64,000 nt of DNA, taken from NCBI GenBank assembly GCA_964566925.1, contig CAZMIZ010000005.1, forward strand, positions 184-64,183, in the 5' to 3' direction. The stretch comes from an uncultured Gammaproteobacteria bacterium. GTDB taxonomy: Bacteria; Patescibacteriota; Microgenomatia; PFEM01; DATLAM01. Under the pieces are notes generated by a model. It had not been told where the DNA came from. It saw nothing but the letters and a program-made list of their open reading frames with translations, and searched no databases. Shown piece after piece: positions 59,363 through 64,000 of the stretch. A program made the position numbers and the translations under genes. Positions within the stretch are counted from its first letter, which is position 1; the number at the start of each line of letters is the position of its first letter.

Positions 59363-60664
59363 ATGCCCAAAGCACCCAAGAAAATTCAAGCTAATTCACC
59401 CGCCGGTCCACCCACCAACGACCTTCCTTCAGCTGATGATTTGGCTGAGATTATGGAAGGTAAGAAACCACCCGCCCCTTCTAAGCCGGTTGAGACGAAA
59501 AAGGAAGGTAGGCGGTTTGATGGTTTAGTTGACGATCGGGTTATTCCTGATGCCGGCGTCCCCACTCAATTTAAAGAAGGGGTTTTAGATGTGGCTAACG
59601 AAGGCCATGGTTATCTGCGACCAAAATTTTCGCCTTCCGATCAGGATGTTTATATTTCCGCCTCTCAAATTCGCCGTTTCTCTCTGCGACCAGGTGACAT
59701 GGTGGGGGGGCAGGTTCGCGCTCCTAAAGACAACGAAAGATATTTTGGTCTCTTAAAAGTAGAGAAGGTTAACGGTGAACCAATCTCTAAGCTTGGAAGG
59801 CGGGCTAACTTTTCTGATTTAGTCCCCATTTATCCAGACGAGCAGATCAAATTAGAAACCGGAAAAGCGCCTTTATCGACCCGGATGATTGATTTAATTT
59901 CCCCGATTGGGCGAGGCCAGCGAGGCCTGATTGTTTCCCCTCCTAAGGCGGGTAAAACCTGGCTTTTGAAAGATATTGCCAATGGGGTGACGGCTAACTA
60001 TAAAAATATTCACCTCATGGCGGTCCTAGTAGGCGAGAGGCCTGAAGAAGTAACTGATATTTCTCGAAGCATCAAAGGCGAGGTGATTGCCTCTAACTTT
60101 GATGAGCCGCCGGAGCACCAAACAAGGGTGGCGGAAATCGCTTTAGACAGGGCTAAACGTTTAGTAGAAAGAGGGATAGATGTTTTTATTCTTCTGGATT
60201 CTATCACTCGGTTGGCTCGAGCTTATAACCTTTGTATCCCTACTTCGGGGCGGACTTTAACTGGAGGTTTTGATCCAGCCGCTCTTTATCCACCCAAACG
60301 ATTTTTCGGCGCCGCTCGGAATATTGAGAAAGGTGGCTCCTTGACGATCATTGGCACCTGTTTGGTTGAGACTGGTTCGAAAATGGACGATTTGATTTAT
60401 GAGGAGTTTAAGGGAACCGGAAACATGGAGCTTCATTTGGTTCGAGTCTTGGCTGAACGCCGAGTTTATCCGGCGATTGATATTCAGCGTTCAGGCACTC
60501 GCCAGGAAGAGCTCTTGTATGAGAAAAAAGTTTATCCGAAAATCATTACCATGCGAAAGATGGTTGATATGTTGGGGGCGGATGAACGAACTGAACTTTT
60601 TATAGAAAGGTTAGTCAAAACTAAGTCAAACGCGGAGTTTCTAAAGACGCTTAATAAAGGCTAA
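59363..60664 (+). CDS. rho: Transcription termination factor Rho
   Basis: [43 protein letters not shown] and [11 protein letters not shown]. Confidence 0.97.
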   Translation: MPKAPKKIQANSPAGPPTNDLPSADDLAEIMEGKKPPAPSKPVETKKEGRRFDGLVDDRVIPDAGVPTQFKEGVLDVANEGHGYLRPKFSPSDQDVYISASQIRRFSLRPGDMVGGQVRAPKDNERYFGLLKVEKVNGEPISKLGRRANFSDLVPIYPDEQIKLETGKAPLSTRMIDLISPIGRGQRGLIVSPPKAGKTWLLKDIANGVTANYKNIHLMAVLVGERPEEVTDISRSIKGEVIASNFDEPPEHQTRVAEIALDRAKRLVERGIDVFILLDSITRLARAYNLCIPTSGRTLTGGFDPAALYPPKRFFGAARNIEKGGSLTIIGTCLVETGSKMDDLIYEEFKGTGNMELHLVRVLAERRVYPAIDIQRSGTRQEELLYEKKVYPKIITMRKMVDMLGADERTELFIERLVKTKSNAEFLKTLNKG

Positions 60665-60733
60665 TTTTTCTCCTCCTAGGCTTCGAAATTAATGCTTGTA
60701 TTCCCTTAGGAGTTATGCTAGGCTAATCCCGTT

Positions 60734-61837
60734 ATGGATAATCTTCCTTTAAGGTCTTTAAAAGAAGACTTAAGGGCCTATTTTTTTTGTCTTGGTCGTT
60801 GGTTGGGACAGAAAATTATCAAAGTTTTTGGACGCTTTGAAAAGACTAAGTCGACCTTAGCGGTAAAACTTTACCGTCAAAGGGGCCGCTGGGCGCGACC
60901 CTTCATCCATTCGGGAATGGCCCTTTTAATTATTGGCGGAATTACTTTGGGGCCGACCTTGGTGGCCGAGAACTTTCCTGGTTTTGCCGCTGATCCCTGG
61001 CAAGAACTTCCTTCTTCTTCAGTTCTTTCTGCAGCCACCGCCGCGGAAATTGAGACAACGACCTTGATTTCCAATAAGCCTCGAGCGGAGATTGTTGAAT
61101 ATCTGGTCCAGCCGGGGGATACGGTTTCCACGATTGCCGAAAAATTTGGCATTTCGACTGATACAATCCGCTGGGAAAACAATTTAGCCACGATTGAGTC
61201 AATTAAGCCTGGTCAAACCTTAAGAATTTTACCGGTGACCGGCGTGGCTCATAAAGTTAGCCATGGGGAAACCATTTATTCAATTGCTAAGCGTTATGAT
61301 GTTGGCCCCCAAGGGGTTGTTGACTGGCCTTATAATTCTTTCGCTAATGATGAGACTTTTGCTCTCGCGGTTGGCCAAGTGCTGATGGTTCCAGACGGAG
61401 TGATGCCTAAGGCTCAACCCTGGCAGCCAAGAGAGTACTTAGTCGAAGTGCCCCAAGCAGGAGCAGTTACCGGTACCGGCCAATTCGTTTGGCCAACTGC
61501 CGGCAACATTTCCCAAGGCTTTCGTTGGTATCATCAGGGAATTGATATCTCTAATAGATCCGCTCCTGGGATCGTAGCGGCTGATGGCGGAACGGTGGTG
61601 ACCGCTGGTTGGCCTAGTCCTTGGGCTTACGGTAATCGGGTTTTGATTGATCATGGGAACGGCTTTGCTACTCTTTATGCCCATCTTTCTCGAATTTATG
61701 TTTCCGTAGGTCAAAAAGTGGGTCAGGGTGCCGTTATTGGCCAAATGGGATCCACCGGTCGTTCCACCGGGACTCACCTTCACTTTGAAATCAGGAAAGG
61801 TGGAGTTGCGGTTAACCCATTAAACTATTTAAGATAA
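60734..61837 (+). CDS. LysM x2 + M23 metallopeptidase
   Basis: YLVQPGDTVSTIAEKF, HKVSHGETIYSIAKRY, HQGID, YAHL and STGTHLHFE. Confidence 0.93.
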   Translation: MDNLPLRSLKEDLRAYFFCLGRWLGQKIIKVFGRFEKTKSTLAVKLYRQRGRWARPFIHSGMALLIIGGITLGPTLVAENFPGFAADPWQELPSSSVLSAATAAEIETTTLISNKPRAEIVEYLVQPGDTVSTIAEKFGISTDTIRWENNLATIESIKPGQTLRILPVTGVAHKVSHGETIYSIAKRYDVGPQGVVDWPYNSFANDETFALAVGQVLMVPDGVMPKAQPWQPREYLVEVPQAGAVTGTGQFVWPTAGNISQGFRWYHQGIDISNRSAPGIVAADGGTVVTAGWPSPWAYGNRVLIDHGNGFATLYAHLSRIYVSVGQKVGQGAVIGQMGSTGRSTGTHLHFEIRKGGVAVNPLNYLR

Positions 61838-61868
61838 GGTTTGCTAACCGTTATTGAAAGGATAATTG

Positions 61869-61891
61869 AAGCCGCCTCTCGGCGGTTTTTT
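61869..61891 (+). terminator. Probable (bidirectional) intrinsic terminator
   Basis: AAGCCGCC-TCTC-GGCGGTT followed by a T run, between the convergent M23 gene and tRNAs. Confidence 0.6.
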
Positions 61892-61971
61892 AGTGGAGTC
61901 GATGGGACTTGTCGTGTCAGAGGCAGATCCGCCTTTGGCGGAAACGCACAACCTCCCCCTCTAAATTTCTG

Positions 61972-62044
61972 TGGACCCGAGGGGTCTCGAACCCCTGACC
62001 TTCTACGTGCCACGCAGACGCTCTACCAACTGAGCTACGGGCCC
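61972..62044 (-). tRNA. tRNA-Ala(GGC)
   Basis: Reverse complement: GGGCCCG/CGGGTCC (G3:U70); anticodon arm TCTGC-GTGGCAC-GTAGA; T arm AGGGG-TTCGAGA-CCCCT. Confidence 0.93.
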
Positions 62045-62119
62045 TGGTGGACTGGGAGGGAGTCGAACCCTCAACCTCTTCGATGCGAGCGAAGCGTTCT
62101 ACCGCTGAACTACCAGCCC
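62045..62119 (-). tRNA. tRNA-Ala(CGC)
   Basis: Reverse complement: GGGCTGG/CCAGTCC (G3:U70); anticodon arm CTTCG-CTCGCAT-CGAAG; ends ACCA. Confidence 0.93.
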
Positions 62120-62165
62120 AAACACACTAATATTTTATCATGATTAAAGATTGATTTCCAACCTG

Positions 62166-63998
62166 TTAAGGAGTGGGAGTAGGGCTTGGGGCAGGACTGA
62201 TCTCTGGCCCCGCTTCTTCTGGTAATTCAATTGGGGGTTTAACGGCTGATGTTGGCAGAGGTTGCGGTTCGGTGAGCACTTCTTCTGTTTCGGTTGGCGC
62301 CTGCTGGGCACTGGGGGTAGCTTCTGGCGGCAGGAGTTTCGCTAATTCATCCAGTTCATTTTTGACTTTTTGATAGTCAGCCGAGTCAATTGGAATTAAA
62401 CTTGCCGCTGCTTGCATAGATAGATAAGCTTCTTGGTACATTTTTCGCTCTCGATAAGCGGCGGCTAAGTTATAATAGCCATTGGCATAATCCGGCTTGA
62501 GATTAACTGAGTTTTCGAACTGTCGGGTGGCGGCTTCATAATCTTGAAGAGTGTAAAAAAGTCCGCCTAAATTGAGGCGAATCCGGGGATTGATCGGATC
62601 AGCGGTAATCGCCTGGCGATAGGCAGCAGTGGCCCATTCGTCCGCTCCTTCAGCGAAGTTGATCAAATTACGGTAAATCTGAGCTAAATTTTCCCAATTG
62701 GCGGCATCAGAGGGGTTGAGATTGGCGGCAATTTTTGCTTCTCTAATGGCTTGTTGAATAAGCTGGGTGATATTGGTCCGATCTTGATCAGAAAGCTCTC
62801 CTTGGCTGGCGATCGAATTAGCCAAAGCAAAGTTCGTTTGTGAGTAAGTCCGGTGAGAGAGAGAGGAATAGGGATTGTAGTTAATCGCCTTGATTTGATA
62901 ACTATAAACCTGGCCGCCCTGATTTTGAGTAAGGGCATTAAGCGATTTTCTGAAATAGAAATCAGCGGCGTAAGCCCGCCCCCAAACGTAGAAAACCACG
63001 ATTACTAACCCAGTCACTAGTCCTAACACAATCAGGCTGAGATTTTTTGAGGGTAGAGAAATAACTTCCTCTTTTGCCTGATCAAGAGCCAAAAGAGCTA
63101 AAAAGAGGAAGGTTAAGGTTAAGATCAGGAAGTTGGGGGGAAGGAGTAATTGGATTATTAATAAGGTAACCATTCCCATTAAAAGAGCTAAAAAGAGGTG
63201 ATCGTTCTTTTTTTGGAGATAGGTTTTTAGCCAGACTCGAGCAGTTTTAAGGAGTAAGAGGAAATAGGCACCTAGACTAACAACACCGCCAATTGTTAGC
63301 AGCTCCAAAGGTAAATTAGAGGCATTACTAAAACGATTGTTCCAAAATTCATATTCATTAAAAGTCACCGGCCGGAAACGGTTAAAAGCAGAAAGGTAAT
63401 TGCCTGGCCCGACGCCAAAAAAGGGATTTTGTTTAAAGGCTTCAACGGCAATGGCCCAGCCATCTCGATAGGGAAGAATAGCCAGGCTGTTTTCTTTTCC
63501 GGGAAGAATTTGATAAACAGTAAAGCCAAGACCAAGAGCGATTAGGACGGTGGGAATTAAGTATAAAATACTTGACAACCACTCCTCCTGGCCGAATTTT
63601 TTAATAAAAAGATTAATGCTTAAAGCGAAACTGACAACTAGGTAGCTGATAAGGATCAAGGGTCCACCGGCAGGAGTGAAGAGGAGATTTTTCAGCCAAG
63701 AAACAGAGGTTAGACTTTCGCCAAGGCCAAGGAATTGATAAAGACTAATAAGACCCAGTAAAGAGGCGCTGGCAATGAGAGCCGAGAGCGAAGAGCGAAG
63801 AGCCCCTGATTTCGAGTTATTAGTAATCACAAAGTAAAAAGCAGTTAAGGCGAGAATGGTTCCTACCGAAGTTGGGCCCAGGATGGCTTCAACCTTATTC
63901 GGTGAAACGATGATGGTAGTCAAGATAAAAGCGAGGGCAAAGATGACAATTGGTAAATCCAAAGAAGTTTTTTTAAAGACCAATCTTTTTTGAACCAC
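62166..63998 (-). CDS. O-antigen-ligase-like membrane domain + TPR protein (5' end probably outside the window)
   Basis: W..AVEAFKQNPFFGVGPGNY (Wzy_C), multi-TM, TPR repeats (LKPDYANGYYNLA) and Pro-rich tail. Confidence 0.85.
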   Translation of the reverse strand: MVQKRLVFKKTSLDLPIVIFALAFILTTIIVSPNKVEAILGPTSVGTILALTAFYFVITNNSKSGALRSSLSALIASASLLGLISLYQFLGLGESLTSVSWLKNLLFTPAGGPLILISYLVVSFALSINLFIKKFGQEEWLSSILYLIPTVLIALGLGFTVYQILPGKENSLAILPYRDGWAIAVEAFKQNPFFGVGPGNYLSAFNRFRPVTFNEYEFWNNRFSNASNLPLELLTIGGVVSLGAYFLLLLKTARVWLKTYLQKKNDHLFLALLMGMVTLLIIQLLLPPNFLILTLTFLFLALLALDQAKEEVISLPSKNLSLIVLGLVTGLVIVVFYVWGRAYAADFYFRKSLNALTQNQGGQVYSYQIKAINYNPYSSLSHRTYSQTNFALANSIASQGELSDQDRTNITQLIQQAIREAKIAANLNPSDAANWENLAQIYRNLINFAEGADEWATAAYRQAITADPINPRIRLNLGGLFYTLQDYEAATRQFENSVNLKPDYANGYYNLAAAYRERKMYQEAYLSMQAAASLIPIDSADYQKVKNELDELAKLLPPEATPSAQQAPTETEEVLTEPQPLPTSAVKPPIELPEEAGPEISPAPSPTPTP

Positions 63999-64000
63999 CA

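Noticed and set aside
61841-62143. 100-aa + strand ORF
   Set aside because: Antisense to two tRNA-Ala genes and overlaps a terminator.

Overview
Bacterial chromosomal window, most likely Patescibacteria/CPR of the Microgenomates (OP11) type. This is inferred from the divergent 16S (515F site GTGCCAGCAGCAGCGGTAA, 338F site ACACCTACGGGTGGCAGC) and the gene content; standard code 11 with TGA as stop. Layout: (1) 1-9.6 kb housekeeping and redox genes (tsaC, trxA, trxB, NUDIX, gdhA, ferredoxin) and a 7TM/ATP-grasp-protease/ATP-grasp cluster. (2) About 1.4 kb of AT-rich non-coding DNA, then a ~27 kb cell-surface locus. Its core is two paralogous giant proteins (1739 and 1810 aa). Each fuses IS481-transposase-like HTH domains, a processive cellulose-synthase-like GT2, an internal signal-peptide-like segment, a variable extracellular Gly-rich passenger and a C-terminal VPE-TM-basic sorting signal. 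They sit beside an exosortase-family gene and a membrane-anchored MerR-type HTH gene, have matching 19-bp-spacer promoters, and are followed by GT4, GT-C and methyltransferase genes. This is the best candidate for an undescribed system. (3) mnmA, then an rRNA locus split by protein genes: 16S, tRNA-Ile, an interrupted tRNA remnant, a proteasome-like Ntn hydrolase, a PIN-like gene, a candidate sRNA, tRNA-Ala, 23S with a helix-45 IVS, and 5S. (4) rpsA, SDR, M20 peptidase, radA, a sortase operon, maf, rho, LysM-M23, two tRNA-Ala genes and a truncated O-antigen-ligase/TPR gene. Palindromic and heptamer repeats recur in intergenic DNA, RNA genes and in frame within proteins. All calls come from reading the sequence and motifs by eye; no database searches or folding programs were run.
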